Shown piece after piece: positions 19,986 through 29,601 of a stretch of DNA of 55,567 bases (position 1 is its first letter; the number at the start of each line of letters is the position of its first letter). This DNA comes from a virus. Lineage: Duplodnaviria > Caudoviricetes. The stretch spans positions 1 to 55,567 of the IMG/VR virus record IMGVR_UViG_3300008259_000060; one strand, written 5' to 3'. Made by a program: the position numbers and the translations under genes. The notes below the pieces were generated by a model. The model was not told the DNA's origin. It saw only the letters and a program-made list of their open reading frames with translations, and searched no databases.

Positions 19986-21992
19986 TCAGTCGCCCTTCAG
20001 CTGCTGTTTGATGGATTGTAGCTCGCCGTCGAGCTCTTTGATAGCCTCGATCAGCAGGGGGACCAGACGCTCGTACTTGACTGTAAGGTACTTATCGTCG
20101 ATGGGGGCAGGGGCCACCACTTCGGGCTGCACGGCTTGTACTTGCTGAGCCGACACACCAACCTCACGCTTGACCTCGTACCCAAGTGCTTGCGCAGTCT
20201 CGCTGGCCTCGTAGTAGAAGCCCGACAAGGTACGAACCTTTGCCAGCGCGTCTTCAATGTTGCCCAGCTTGGTTTTAAGACGGTCGTCAGAGTAATGCGC
20301 AACGATGTCGCCGGTTGCCCGGATTTGACCGGCCGTACCAGAGGCGGCGGTGTTAACGCCGATAGAGTTGAACTGCGAGTTTTGCGTAGTGCTTGTAAAT
20401 GTAGCTGCGCTGCCTGTCGTGTTCTGGTTCAATGTGGGGAACGTGCAGTTGGCCAAGTTGCCCGATGCAGGTGTTCCCAGTGCGGGGGTTACCAATGTTG
20501 GGCTGTCTGACAACACTACCGAGCCAGTACCCGTAGAAGACGTTACACCAGTGCCGCCGTTGGCAACCGGAAGAGTCCCGGAAACGTGGGTGGCCAAGCC
20601 GATCTTGCCGTAGCTTGGGGCAGAAGCCACGCCACCGGAAATCAGCGCGTTGCCCACTGCAGCGCCAGCCAGCTTGGCTAAGGATGTGGTGGTGTCTGCA
20701 AACAACAGATCACCCACGGTGTAAGAGGCGAAGCCCGTACCGCCGTACACCGCGCCAATGACGCTACCGTTCCAAGTGCCTGCGGCCAGAGTGCCGACGC
20801 CGGTTATGCCGGTGTAACTACCAGACAGACGGCTTGTACCCAGTGTTCCTGTGGAGATATTCGAGGCATCGGTGGTGTTTGTAGTCGCAGAGGCAGCCAG
20901 ACCAGAAACCGATCCTGACGTGATTGCAATCGCAGTGTTTGTGACTGCGGTGACTTGACCTTGAGCGTTGGTCGTGAATACGGGCACCTGAGATGCCGAA
21001 CCGTAGGTACCTGCTGTACCGGTAGCGGTGATGCTGAATTGAACGCCGCTCAGGGTAAGGCCCGTACCCGCGCTGTAAATCTGGGCCGACGAAATTTGGG
21101 CGAACGTGATGTTCGTTGTGCCAAAGGTGATTGTTCCGATGGTGTTGCAGGTGTAAGTCTCACCAGCGCCTGTTGCGCCTTCTTGGACGAAGAAGGTTGA
21201 ACCTTCACTCAATGTGTCAGGACCGGCAAACCCGTAAGTATCCGTATCATTTGAACGGGTCAAAACCCAGTTGGTAGCCCCCGAACCAATGCTGGTAACT
21301 ACATACACGCCGTTTTGTGTTTCGTCGGTCTGCTCGTACACCAACACACGGTCGGCCACCACCATGGTGATGCCGTCAATCACCAAGGCAACTTGCGTGC
21401 CGGCGTTGGTCAATGTTGCGCCCACACCGGAAGTGCCGTTGTTGTAGGTCGCGTTTAAATTGATTGGGGACTCAACCCGTACCGGCTCATGAAAGTGGAT
21501 GCCTGCCGCAACAAGGGTGTCAACATACGATTTGTTGACCAGATCATTGCCGCTTGCGGGAGACGTGGTTACCGTGCCTGCCGTAATGTTGGCTGTGGTG
21601 ATGTTGGCTGTGGTAGCCCCAAGAGTGGTGACATCCAAGGCGGTGACAGCGGTGCCGGCAACGTTCAAAAATACCGCACGCTCAGCGGGGTAAGTGACAA
21701 ACACATCCTTGGTGCCGGCCGGAAAATCAACCTTAGAGCCAGCGTTGCTGGACTCAAGCACGGTGTCGCGGGACAGTGTAAACGTGCCAGCTGTGTCGGT
21801 TACCGTACCGATACCGACTTCAAACTCCCCCGTTGGGGCACCGGGTTGCATTGCGATGGTGTAGTAGGTCTCACTGCCGTCGCCGATCACCGCAAAAGAC
21901 TGAAATCCTACAGCTGCAGAGCCAAGCGTGAAGGTGCCCGTGCCCGTGGTTGTGGCTGAAACTTTAACTCGGTCTTTTAATACGGTGGCCAT
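19986..21992 (-). CDS. Tail fibre with C-terminal intramolecular chaperone (peptidase S74)
   Basis: Thr/Gly-rich body with LPVANGGTG repeats; C-terminal YSDDRLK...G.SAQ.V..V.PE...Y..LVPLLIEAIKEL. Confidence 0.85.
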   Translation of the reverse strand: MATVLKDRVKVSATTTGTGTFTLGSAAVGFQSFAVIGDGSETYYTIAMQPGAPTGEFEVGIGTVTDTAGTFTLSRDTVLESSNAGSKVDFPAGTKDVFVTYPAERAVFLNVAGTAVTALDVTTLGATTANITTANITAGTVTTSPASGNDLVNKSYVDTLVAAGIHFHEPVRVESPINLNATYNNGTSGVGATLTNAGTQVALVIDGITMVVADRVLVYEQTDETQNGVYVVTSIGSGATNWVLTRSNDTDTYGFAGPDTLSEGSTFFVQEGATGAGETYTCNTIGTITFGTTNITFAQISSAQIYSAGTGLTLSGVQFSITATGTAGTYGSASQVPVFTTNAQGQVTAVTNTAIAITSGSVSGLAASATTNTTDASNISTGTLGTSRLSGSYTGITGVGTLAAGTWNGSVIGAVYGGTGFASYTVGDLLFADTTTSLAKLAGAAVGNALISGGVASAPSYGKIGLATHVSGTLPVANGGTGVTSSTGTGSVVLSDSPTLVTPALGTPASGNLANCTFPTLNQNTTGSAATFTSTTQNSQFNSIGVNTAASGTAGQIRATGDIVAHYSDDRLKTKLGNIEDALAKVRTLSGFYYEASETAQALGYEVKREVGVSAQQVQAVQPEVVAPAPIDDKYLTVKYERLVPLLIEAIKELDGELQSIKQQLKGD

Positions 21993-22001
21993 ATAACCCT
22001 C

Positions 22002-22790
22002 TTAGTTCTGTGTTTTAACCACAGTCCAATTTGTAGACTGTGCGTTGTTGATGATGTTCCACAAGAAGTTTGCGGCTGCAGCATCTTGTGCTGTGACGCT
22101 TTCGGCGATGCCGCCGTTCATGGTTGCACTAGCGCTTACGCTGTCCGAAGCGTTTGCCGCCATCAAAGCAACCGCATTAAACACGGACGGGGCAACCAGC
22201 ACCGTCATAGACCCAGAAGCTGAGTCGCTTATCTGAACCAAGAAAACAGTGTTTGAGCTTGGCTCGTCAGAGCCGGACGCTGTATCTGCTGTGCTCGCAT
22301 TAAATGCAGCCAACGCACTGGCGACCATTGATGGGTTTGCCAACTCTTCAATGTTGGAATCATAGACAAGCCCGCCAACAACGCCATCCTGTGCAGACAG
22401 TAGTTCTGAGATGGCCGAATTAAATACAACCAATGCAGCCGAGGCGTCCGCTGCCGACACAGAGTCTGAAAAGCTGACCGGGAAAATAACCAGAGCCGCA
22501 AGAGCATCTGTGATGCTGGCCTGCTCCGCCAAAGATGCGGGAAAAACAACCAAAGCCGATTCCGCGCTTGAGGCGCTTGCCGACTCTTCCATCAGTATGC
22601 CGAACACAGAAGGGGCTACCAGCACGCTGTCATTTGCAGCAGCCTCTTCCGGTGTTGCACCAAGAAAGATTGCACGCGCAAACGCGGATTCCGAAGCTTC
22701 TGCGGCGTCAGCAAATGACGAATCGAAGAAAGCCCCGGAATCTCCCGGTGCCCCAAATGGGGCCGCAGCGACTGGCGCGAACCCAAACAT
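22002..22790 (-). CDS. Ala/Ser-rich repetitive tail protein
   Basis: MFGF..FG N-terminus and ~20-aa S/A/D periodic repeats. Confidence 0.6.
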   Translation of the reverse strand: MFGFAPVAAAPFGAPGDSGAFFDSSFADAAEASESAFARAIFLGATPEEAAANDSVLVAPSVFGILMEESASASSAESALVVFPASLAEQASITDALAALVIFPVSFSDSVSAADASAALVVFNSAISELLSAQDGVVGGLVYDSNIEELANPSMVASALAAFNASTADTASGSDEPSSNTVFLVQISDSASGSMTVLVAPSVFNAVALMAANASDSVSASATMNGGIAESVTAQDAAAANFLWNIINNAQSTNWTVVKTQN

Positions 22791-22802
22791 TCGGGGCTCC
22801 TA

Positions 22803-23381
22803 TTAAGCCGCGTCGAGGCTAAAGGTGTAGGTAACGTTCAGGGTGTCGCCAGAAACAACCGTGCGATCGCCGGGGGAGGCGAAGTCGGCTTCCGAGAACA
22901 ACACACCAGAGGTGCCGCTTGCCACGGTACACAAGAACGCACCAGCAACCACGCCGCCAGCACCAGAGATGGTGAACGACGAAGGAGATGCACTGTTGCT
23001 GATCACCGAAGGATCGGCTGTGGTAGCGGTGCCAAACGTGACTGCTTTGCGAGAGCCACTGTAGTCGGTGTACTCAGTCCATCCTGCGTGCGAGGCCAAT
23101 GTGTCGGCTGCAGCGTAGGTCGTGCTACCAGCAGGGCCAGTCACCAAACCAAGGAAGAAGGCTGCGGTATAAGCGCTGCCCTTGAAGTATTCGGTGTTCA
23201 TGTTCTGCAGTCCCTCATTGACCACGAGGTTGTGCATTTCATCTTCCCATTTCAGCTGGCCGGCGCTGTCAAAGCACTGGACGCGAAATACGCCCCCGCC
23301 TTTTGAGCTTTCGGAAAAACCTGTTTTTGCAACCAGACCTGCCGAAGCAGCGTCGCCAGAATGCGCTTTGTCTTGGAACAT
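22803..23381 (-). CDS. Virion structural protein (tail-associated)
   Basis: LKWED..HNLVVNEG and GDTLNVTY motifs; AGGAG RBS. Confidence 0.65.
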   Translation of the reverse strand: MFQDKAHSGDAASAGLVAKTGFSESSKGGGVFRVQCFDSAGQLKWEDEMHNLVVNEGLQNMNTEYFKGSAYTAAFFLGLVTGPAGSTTYAAADTLASHAGWTEYTDYSGSRKAVTFGTATTADPSVISNSASPSSFTISGAGGVVAGAFLCTVASGTSGVLFSEADFASPGDRTVVSGDTLNVTYTFSLDAA

Positions 23382-23393
23382 TTCAAACTCCTG

Positions 23394-23798
23394 TTAAGAA
23401 AATCGGATCAGCGCACTGGTCGCTGTGTTGGCGGGCATCTGCACCAAAAAGGTATTGGTAGCAGTCTTGTCAGAACCAAAGTCCAAGACCGCAACAGCCT
23501 TGTTTCCTTTGGTGCTATTGTAGATGAGTGCACCCCTTGCAGTAAAGGCCGCAGGGTTCCACAAAACGTTGGCGAAGTTCACAAAAGCAGCAGCATTGAC
23601 GCTGATGCCTGTCATCACATTACCGCCGGCCGTGTAGCCTGTGCCCGAGGTTTCACCCCCAGTGACGTACACGGTGGTGTTGGCATCCAAATCGGCCGTG
23701 GCCAGATACAGAGCGATTTTGAACGTGTCGGTGTTGAAGTCGTGCACACCCTCTAGGAGCTGTGCTTGAAAGGAGTTGGTGACGGTTTGGGTGATCAT
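23394..23798 (-). CDS. Virion structural protein
   Basis: FKIALY, GYTAGG, TARGALIYN and VLDFGSDKT motifs. Confidence 0.65.
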   Translation of the reverse strand: MITQTVTNSFQAQLLEGVHDFNTDTFKIALYLATADLDANTTVYVTGGETSGTGYTAGGNVMTGISVNAAAFVNFANVLWNPAAFTARGALIYNSTKGNKAVAVLDFGSDKTATNTFLVQMPANTATSALIRFS

Positions 23799-24499
23799 TG
23801 GACTGCCTGACGGTATTGGCCGCTACGGTAAGCGTCCTGTCTCTCCATACCATCGCCCAGACGTTTGGCTTGCGCCACGGCTTCCTCGTACTTCTTCTGG
23901 TACACCGTCAGCGTCTCGGCCTCGGCCTTCATGAAGATGCCTGCCTCAACCAATGAACCGTACAGCAGCACAGAGTCAAAGTTGTCGCCCAACCACGTAT
24001 TTCCTGCAGTCACGATCGACTCTGGGTAATAGTAGTAATGAAGCTCGACACTGTACGTAGCATCAGGCGTTGGACCGAGAATGAAGCTCAGCTCATTTGT
24101 GATGAGCGGAGGGTTGTCATTGGTCGTGGTCGGACCGAACAAAGCATAGTACTTGGGGATGCCCAGCGAATTGGGGTTGGGGTACGCCTGACGGATGAAG
24201 TTCACATCTTTGTTCAGCAGGTACTCATACCTGCCGGTAGCGTCAATGACCGCCAAGGAATACACAGCCAAGAAGTCGCCCGGAGAGGACAGGTACTTGT
24301 TGGACACGAACACCTGACCCGTCACATTCTTGCGAAGCGAGGGGAACTGCACCGTGTTGTAGATGCGCTGCTCAGCCAACTCAACGAATTGAGCGATCTG
24401 GGTTGCAGACGAAACCGTGCCGCCGCTCGCCAAAAAGGCGTCAGGAAATGTGTTTTCTGTGAACGCTTGAATCTGCGCGGACAAAGACTGATAGTCGAT
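23795..24499 (-). CDS. Head-tail adaptor-like protein
   Basis: AEQRIYN..., GIPKYYA, GPTPD..Y.VELHY, LLYGSLVEA. Start uncertain: ATC at 24499 or TTG at 24484. Confidence 0.6.
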   Translation of the reverse strand: MDYQSLSAQIQAFTENTFPDAFLASGGTVSSATQIAQFVELAEQRIYNTVQFPSLRKNVTGQVFVSNKYLSSPGDFLAVYSLAVIDATGRYEYLLNKDVNFIRQAYPNPNSLGIPKYYALFGPTTTNDNPPLITNELSFILGPTPDATYSVELHYYYYPESIVTAGNTWLGDNFDSVLLYGSLVEAGIFMKAEAETLTVYQKKYEEAVAQAKRLGDGMERQDAYRSGQYRQAVQ

Positions 24500-25327
24500 T
24501 TAAGCCACCATTTCCAAAGTGTACATGCGTGCCACTTTGCCTTTCTGCTTAACTGCATTTGTTACGCTGGTACGAAGAACACCCAAGTACTCGGCGGCAG
24601 CTTTCTGCGACAGGAACGAGCACTGTAGCTCGCGGCAGTATACCGGCTTCCATTTGGATTGCGCTATTTTTGCCACGGTGACAGCGCTGTGCGTTCTGCC
24701 GCGAGAGGCTGCTGAACGTCGTTGTTTGTTCTCGGTTCGCTGCGCTGCGGCGCGGGCACCTTCGATTCTGCTGGCCCTAACCTCGGGGTCTTGCCAAGAC
24801 AGCTTGATGCCCTCGGACAAGTTACGCGCAGGAGCCGGTGCCGCCTTAACGTGATTCGCCCATCTTGCAGCGTTACCTATGCTGGAAACAGTGCGGCCAC
24901 GACCCTTGGCTTCGGGTGTTTGGGCTGCGCGTTGGATGCTGACAACCGTCTTGGCTTTCCACTGCAGGTTTGCCCATCGCGCCTTCGCCGCATCAGACCG
25001 CTTGCGTCTAGTTTCTTCGGAAACCGTAATTGATCGCAGCCCTTTGCCGCCGCGAGTAGCGTTGTACGCTGGCTGTAGCTCCGCAATCAGTGCAATTTCG
25101 GCAGCGTTTAAGGCGTCGGCATCAAAAGCGACAAAAACCTCAGCAACCTGAAAAACATCTCGGCCAAAAGTGGTGAGCGCCTCTTGGAACTTGGCCTTCC
25201 TGCTGGTTGCGCAAATCGCAGTGCGCCAATGCGCGTCCCATCTTTTTTCAACCAATTGGCGTGTTTGCCCAACATACTGTTCGCCAGTATGTGTGTTGGT
25301 TGCAAGATAGATAGAGCCGTGCCGCAT
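24500..25327 (-). mobile_element. Free-standing GIY-YIG homing endonuclease gene
   Basis: GSIY..TN...YVGQT...RW..H GIY-YIG module, followed by NUMOD-like repeats and an HTH tail (SQKAAAEYLG). Inserted in the structural operon. Confidence 0.85.
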
Positions 25328-25356
25328 GCTTTTTCTATAAGGTAATAATTATTACC

Positions 25357-25560
25357 TTACGCCATGGGGCCACGGGCCATGACACCCTTGGTGGCGCAAC
25401 CGGTACCGCGAATCTTGATGCCGGAGGTCTTGGTAGGCTTGTAGTCGTTGCTGTGGTTGTTGCCCACAGAAACGTTTGTTTCCCGCAAGAACTTCTTGTT
25501 GTCCGTGGGGGCAAGAACCGCTTGGGTCGCGGCTGGTTTTGGCTGGTTGTACGTGGGCAT
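25357..25560 (-). CDS. Small basic virion-region protein (67 aa)
   Basis: AAGGAG RBS; C-terminal KTSGIKIRGTGCATKG..ARGPMA. Confidence 0.65.
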   Translation of the reverse strand: MPTYNQPKPAATQAVLAPTDNKKFLRETNVSVGNNHSNDYKPTKTSGIKIRGTGCATKGVMARGPMA

Positions 25561-25561
25561 A

Positions 25562-25726
25562 TTAAGCTCCTTTGCGGCCGGGGGATTTCTGGTTGGCCAC
25601 CTTGGCCAAGCCACGACCCATCTTTAGCATGTCGATGTTGGTCTTGCCGCCAGCGCGAAGCTTGGTTGGCTTTTGATCTGCGTGCATGTTCTTTTCATGC
25701 TTGCGAACTGCGGTCTTTGCATCCAT
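25562..25726 (-). CDS. Small basic protein (54 aa), not in the ORF track
   Basis: AAGGAG RBS; MDAKTAVRKHEKNMH...LRAGGKTN..MLKMGRGLAKVANQ. Confidence 0.65.
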   Translation of the reverse strand: MDAKTAVRKHEKNMHADQKPTKLRAGGKTNIDMLKMGRGLAKVANQKSPGRKGA

Positions 25727-25736
25727 GACGGACTCC

Positions 25737-26126
25737 TTATGTTACGGTTACCTGTACTGTACCAAGTTCCAAGGTTAAAACCAAGTCATTCGGTGTCAGC
25801 GCATCATCAAAAAACCTAGAACCACCCACCGGTGCCCAGCCCCACTGGATGTCTCGGCTGCCCCCTGTCGTGAAGCCCTGTGCGTTTACACCGGCCTCAA
25901 CATAGGTTGTGTCCCGGCGTGGGTTTCTCACTGCCTGCGGGTCATCCACCGGGTACATGCCCAACTGAAGCTGCGGCTGGTCAGGATCAAAGCAGTCCGG
26001 GCACACCAAGGTGTTGAACGTCTTCGTCTTGACGATCTCTTTGCGAAGGTTCGTCAGCTTGAATTGAAAGCCACAGCGGTCGCACATGGCGATGCTGTTC
26101 TTGGCTGAAGCAAACCGGTTGCCCAT
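25737..26126 (-). CDS. Zn-finger-like structural-region protein
   Basis: CDRCG...CPDC motif; coupled to the upstream gene. Confidence 0.65.
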   Translation of the reverse strand: MGNRFASAKNSIAMCDRCGFQFKLTNLRKEIVKTKTFNTLVCPDCFDPDQPQLQLGMYPVDDPQAVRNPRRDTTYVEAGVNAQGFTTGGSRDIQWGWAPVGGSRFFDDALTPNDLVLTLELGTVQVTVT

Positions 26127-26824
26127 TACGTCCCGCTTCCGAGGTACTGACGGCGCGGCACAAAACGTACAGCCGCCTTTTCGCGGTCCTCTTCAGAGGC
26201 CAGCGCCCAAGCTTCGTCGTACTGCTGCTTGAGAATGCCCAAGCGTTCTCCGCCACCGGGTATCTTCAGGGCCAAGTGGTAAGCCAAGCCGGCCACCATG
26301 CAAGGCAAGAAGCGGAAAGGCATGTCCATCGTGTCCACACCGTCCCCGGCATTCTGAATGCGGCGCAGGCGGTAGTACACGAGGGTGTAGGTCTGGGTGT
26401 CGTCTGGAACAGGCCACACGGTGAAGCGTGGAGTGTTTAAACGCTCAATGAAAATTTGGATGGGACGAGCCTGTTGCAGCTTGTTCGGGATCGTCGCGTA
26501 GGTCGAGACGCTGATCCGGGTGATGGTCAGGTCAGCCTGAGTCGAAACGTTGCCAGCACCGGTGCGGATGACGTGCTCGAGCAGGTCCACGGTGTCGGTT
26601 GGCAGCACGTATGTAGCTACGCCGGGGGTCAGAACCTGTGTTCCCTGCTCGTAGGTGAACATATTCAAACCCCTATTTGCCCAATCTGCAAACATAAGGT
26701 TTAAAGAGCGACGGGCTGTGCGCAGGTCGTAGCCGGTGCGCAACTCACCACCAACACGCTCGAACGCCTCCTCGACGACTTCTGCAAGGTCGAGGTTGAA
26801 GTTTGCAACGCCTGAAGTAGCCAT
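26126..26824 (-). CDS. Head-tail connector / tail tubular A-like protein
   Basis: EEAFER.G..., ARRSLNL...WANRG, VWPVPD, PFRFLPC..AGLAY. Confidence 0.6.
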   Translation of the reverse strand: MATSGVANFNLDLAEVVEEAFERVGGELRTGYDLRTARRSLNLMFADWANRGLNMFTYEQGTQVLTPGVATYVLPTDTVDLLEHVIRTGAGNVSTQADLTITRISVSTYATIPNKLQQARPIQIFIERLNTPRFTVWPVPDDTQTYTLVYYRLRRIQNAGDGVDTMDMPFRFLPCMVAGLAYHLALKIPGGGERLGILKQQYDEAWALASEEDREKAAVRFVPRRQYLGSGT

Positions 26825-27057
26825 TATCTAAACCCTGCTGTTTTCTTTGCGATGGCCTTGGGCTGGGCAACAAACTGCTTTCCAGCCTTCTTGCCAGCGC
26901 GTTTGGCTTTGGTGGTGGCGGCGTATTCGGCCGGCGACAGTGATTTTATGGCAGCTTTTGGCAGATACCGCTCACCCGTCTTTGAAGACGGCTTGCCAGA
27001 CTTGGTGGTCCATTTCTGGTCACCCCAGTCCTTGAGCGATTTCTGCGGTGCTTTCAT
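26824..27057 (-). CDS. Small basic protein (DUF5872-like C-terminal part)
   Basis: QKSLKDW..QKWTTKSGK..ERYLP motif. Confidence 0.55.
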   Translation of the reverse strand: MKAPQKSLKDWGDQKWTTKSGKPSSKTGERYLPKAAIKSLSPAEYAATTKAKRAGKKAGKQFVAQPKAIAKKTAGFR

Positions 27058-27058
27058 T

Positions 27059-27334
27059 TTAATCCCTGTAAGAGCCACCAGCGGCTTTGTACTTCTTGGC
27101 AACCAGCTGAGCCTTGCGGGCTGACCACTGACCTGCGCCAGTGCCGTGCGTTGCTGCAGCCTTCACCTGAGCCACAATCCGCTTGCGCAGATCGGGCTTG
27201 GTGTAGTTACCAGCGGAATTTACCTTGCCGCCCTCTTTGTATTGGGTGAAGTCGTCGCTGTCCCGGCGAGCCTTACGCTTGCCTTTGGGCATTTTGCTGG
27301 GGGAGATGTCTCCCATACCGCGACTGGCCATCAT
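27059..27334 (-). CDS. Small basic protein (DUF5872-like N-terminal part)
   Basis: NYTKP.LR.RI...GQWSARKAQL..KKYK..GG motif. Confidence 0.55.
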   Translation of the reverse strand: MMASRGMGDISPSKMPKGKRKARRDSDDFTQYKEGGKVNSAGNYTKPDLRKRIVAQVKAAATHGTGAGQWSARKAQLVAKKYKAAGGSYRD

Positions 27335-27335
27335 G

Positions 27336-28247
27336 TCAGTACACCCTGCCGCGAGTCTTGCCGCGCTGAGCAATGCCGTCTGCACGCTTGGAGGCAGAGG
27401 AGACAGAGCCACCCTTGGCCATGCCAAAGAACTCTTTTATTGCCTTGCCTCGTGCAGCAGAGCGCTGGCCGGGAGACATCTTGTTTTCCTGTTCCTTTTT
27501 ATAGCGGTATGCAACAGCACCGGGTTGCTCGCTAAGCGCCTTACGCTCGGCTGCTTCTTTTGCTGGACGAGCCTTTTTCTCATCTTCTTCCGCCTTACGT
27601 TTTGCAGCGCGGGCAGCATCACGCTTCTTTTCAGCCTCTTCACGCTGGCGCAACGTGGAAGGGTTTATTGGCAGTGCAGTGCCCGGACGCTTTTCTGGTG
27701 CTGCTGGAGCTGGAGTGTTACGACCTTCATTGCGGTAGGGGCCGCCCATCGTCTGCTTGGGCACGCTTCCAGCCGGGGTTACACGAGATCGGCTTACTGG
27801 AGCTGCTGGCGCAGTAGAAGGCTTGGTCTTCACTGGTGCCTTGCTAACACTGGGGCCGGAAGAACTTTGACCGGGACGGGTAGGCATGCGCTTGGGTGCG
27901 CTTGCAGCGGCTTCCATACGGCGATCGCGCTCATCTACATCACCATCAGAAAATTTTGGTGCTGCCTTTTGCTCTGCCATTTGCTGAGGATCACGAAGGC
28001 TCGAGGTTCCTGCTGCCGGTCCTGCTGCCGCTGGCGCTGCTGCCGGCGCTGCTTCTTTCCCTCGCCCTGTTGCGCGGTTGAAAAACGACTTGAGCATTTC
28101 TGCATTTTTTGCACGGCCACGGGCGGTAATCTCGTCTTCATCAGGGAAAGAACCCGTCATGATGGGATTGCCGCTGCCGTCAAGAACAGGATTACCATCT
28201 CTGTCCACCAAGCCGCCGGGTTGATATTTCTTAACTGATTTCTTCAT
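27336..28247 (-). CDS. Low-complexity basic protein (303 aa)
   Basis: AAGGAG RBS; Pro/Ala/Lys-rich; ends ADGIAQRGKTRG. Confidence 0.65.
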   Translation of the reverse strand: MKKSVKKYQPGGLVDRDGNPVLDGSGNPIMTGSFPDEDEITARGRAKNAEMLKSFFNRATGRGKEAAPAAAPAAAGPAAGTSSLRDPQQMAEQKAAPKFSDGDVDERDRRMEAAASAPKRMPTRPGQSSSGPSVSKAPVKTKPSTAPAAPVSRSRVTPAGSVPKQTMGGPYRNEGRNTPAPAAPEKRPGTALPINPSTLRQREEAEKKRDAARAAKRKAEEDEKKARPAKEAAERKALSEQPGAVAYRYKKEQENKMSPGQRSAARGKAIKEFFGMAKGGSVSSASKRADGIAQRGKTRGRVY

Positions 28248-28257
28248 GATTTACTCC

Positions 28258-28896
28258 TTACCGCATTTTGCAGTTTGTCTTACCGCGCTGGGCAATACCG
28301 TCGATTGAACCACCCTTGCGGAACGACGCTTTGTCCTTACCCGTAAGTATCAAATCGTCTTTTTTGAATTTTGTCAGCTTATCAGGGGTGCGTCGCTTAA
28401 ATTCAGAAAGCTCTTTTTTCGACTCATTACGCGCAGCTTCAGACTGTTTTGCCGATAGTCCTTTTGGCTTTAGTATTTTCGGTGCTTGCTTTTTCAAAGA
28501 TGCGGAACCGCCGTCGATGTCCTGTGGAGGTTCACCCATATCGGCGGTGTAGATACCGCCGTCACGGAAGCTATTAACGTTACCGCCTTTTGCAAGTTTC
28601 TTGCCGCGCCTTGCTTCTCGGGTGTACTCGTAGTCGCTTTCTTTGCCGGCTTGCTGAACACGACGGATTGCGTCTTCGTCAACCTTGCCCATGCGGCGTG
28701 AAATTTCTTTTGAGTCGGGATCGTCTTTTTTCTTGTACGTTTCATAGGAAGTGCGCATGCCTTCCTTGTCAAGATCAAAAACGGTCTTTGCACCTCGAGC
28801 CTTATCAGCGGTAGTAACCTTGCGCCGATCCATGACGACCGCACCACTTTTGGTTACGGGCACATAACCCTCATAGCGTGATTGTTTGGTAGCCAT
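28258..28896 (-). CDS. Basic protein (212 aa)
   Basis: AAGGAG RBS; ends IDGIAQRGKT. Confidence 0.65.
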   Translation of the reverse strand: MATKQSRYEGYVPVTKSGAVVMDRRKVTTADKARGAKTVFDLDKEGMRTSYETYKKKDDPDSKEISRRMGKVDEDAIRRVQQAGKESDYEYTREARRGKKLAKGGNVNSFRDGGIYTADMGEPPQDIDGGSASLKKQAPKILKPKGLSAKQSEAARNESKKELSEFKRRTPDKLTKFKKDDLILTGKDKASFRKGGSIDGIAQRGKTNCKMR

Positions 28897-28906
28897 GGAG
28901 CACTCC

Positions 28907-29365
28907 TTAGCAGGTCTTGCCGCCGCGAGCCATCGTCTTCATGACGGGCTTTTTGGCTTTGGTGAGACCTCGCTCAGCAATGCCATCAGGACGCGAGTTG
29001 GTCTTGACCTTGCCCATTTTGGATGGAGCAACCGAGCCGCCCATCTTCAAGCCTTTGTGAGCCTTGGATGCGGGCATGGACTTGTGCTTTTCCAGCTCGC
29101 TGATGACACGCTTTTTTTCTGCGGTCAGGTTGCGTTTGCCTTTGGCGGTAGACGCTTTTTCTGCGTTTACACGGCCGAGTTCTTCCAAACGGTTCATACG
29201 TGAAGTGTTTGCCATAGTGTCACCACCTTTTGAAAATTTGCGGTTCTTGTCCGCTGTTGAAAAATCTTTGCCCACGGACTGTGGGACGCCTACCTTCTTG
29301 GCAAACTTTGGGTTGTTTGCCACTGCCTGCATGAATTTCTTCTGCTCTGGAGATTTACTTGGCAC
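28907..29365 (-). CDS. Basic protein (~152 aa)
   Basis: Probable GTG start at 29365 (MPSKSPEQKKFMQAVANNPKFAKKVG); contains PDGIAERGLT. Confidence 0.6.
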   Translation of the reverse strand: MPSKSPEQKKFMQAVANNPKFAKKVGVPQSVGKDFSTADKNRKFSKGGDTMANTSRMNRLEELGRVNAEKASTAKGKRNLTAEKKRVISELEKHKSMPASKAHKGLKMGGSVAPSKMGKVKTNSRPDGIAERGLTKAKKPVMKTMARGGKTC

Positions 29366-29600
29366 TTCGCTGCTCCTGCATGAAGGTATCGATCTTGATT
29401 TCAAGACGGTCAATGCGATCCAGCACTCGATTGATGTCGCTGTGAACCTCAACTTTGGTGACGTACTTCTCCGCACCTTCTTCACGAGTCTTGCTAAGCA
29501 AGATCGACAGACGTTTGACTTCATCGTGGGACGCTTTGATCCAAACGAGAATGATGGCAGACGCCAACGACAAGCCTACATTCCAAAGCATCATGTCCAT
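29355..29600 (-). CDS. Small N-terminal-TM coiled-coil protein
   Basis: MDMMLWNVGL hydrophobic helix followed by LLSKTREE..YVTK. Confidence 0.6.
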   Translation of the reverse strand: MDMMLWNVGLSLASAIILVWIKASHDEVKRLSILLSKTREEGAEKYVTKVEVHSDINRVLDRIDRLEIKIDTFMQEQRSAK

Positions 29601-29601
29601 A

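Noticed and set aside
26824-27334. Programmed frameshift joining the two DUF5872-like ORFs
   Set aside because: The second ORF has its own ATG one base after the stop and there is no clear slippery site; simple translational coupling explains it.
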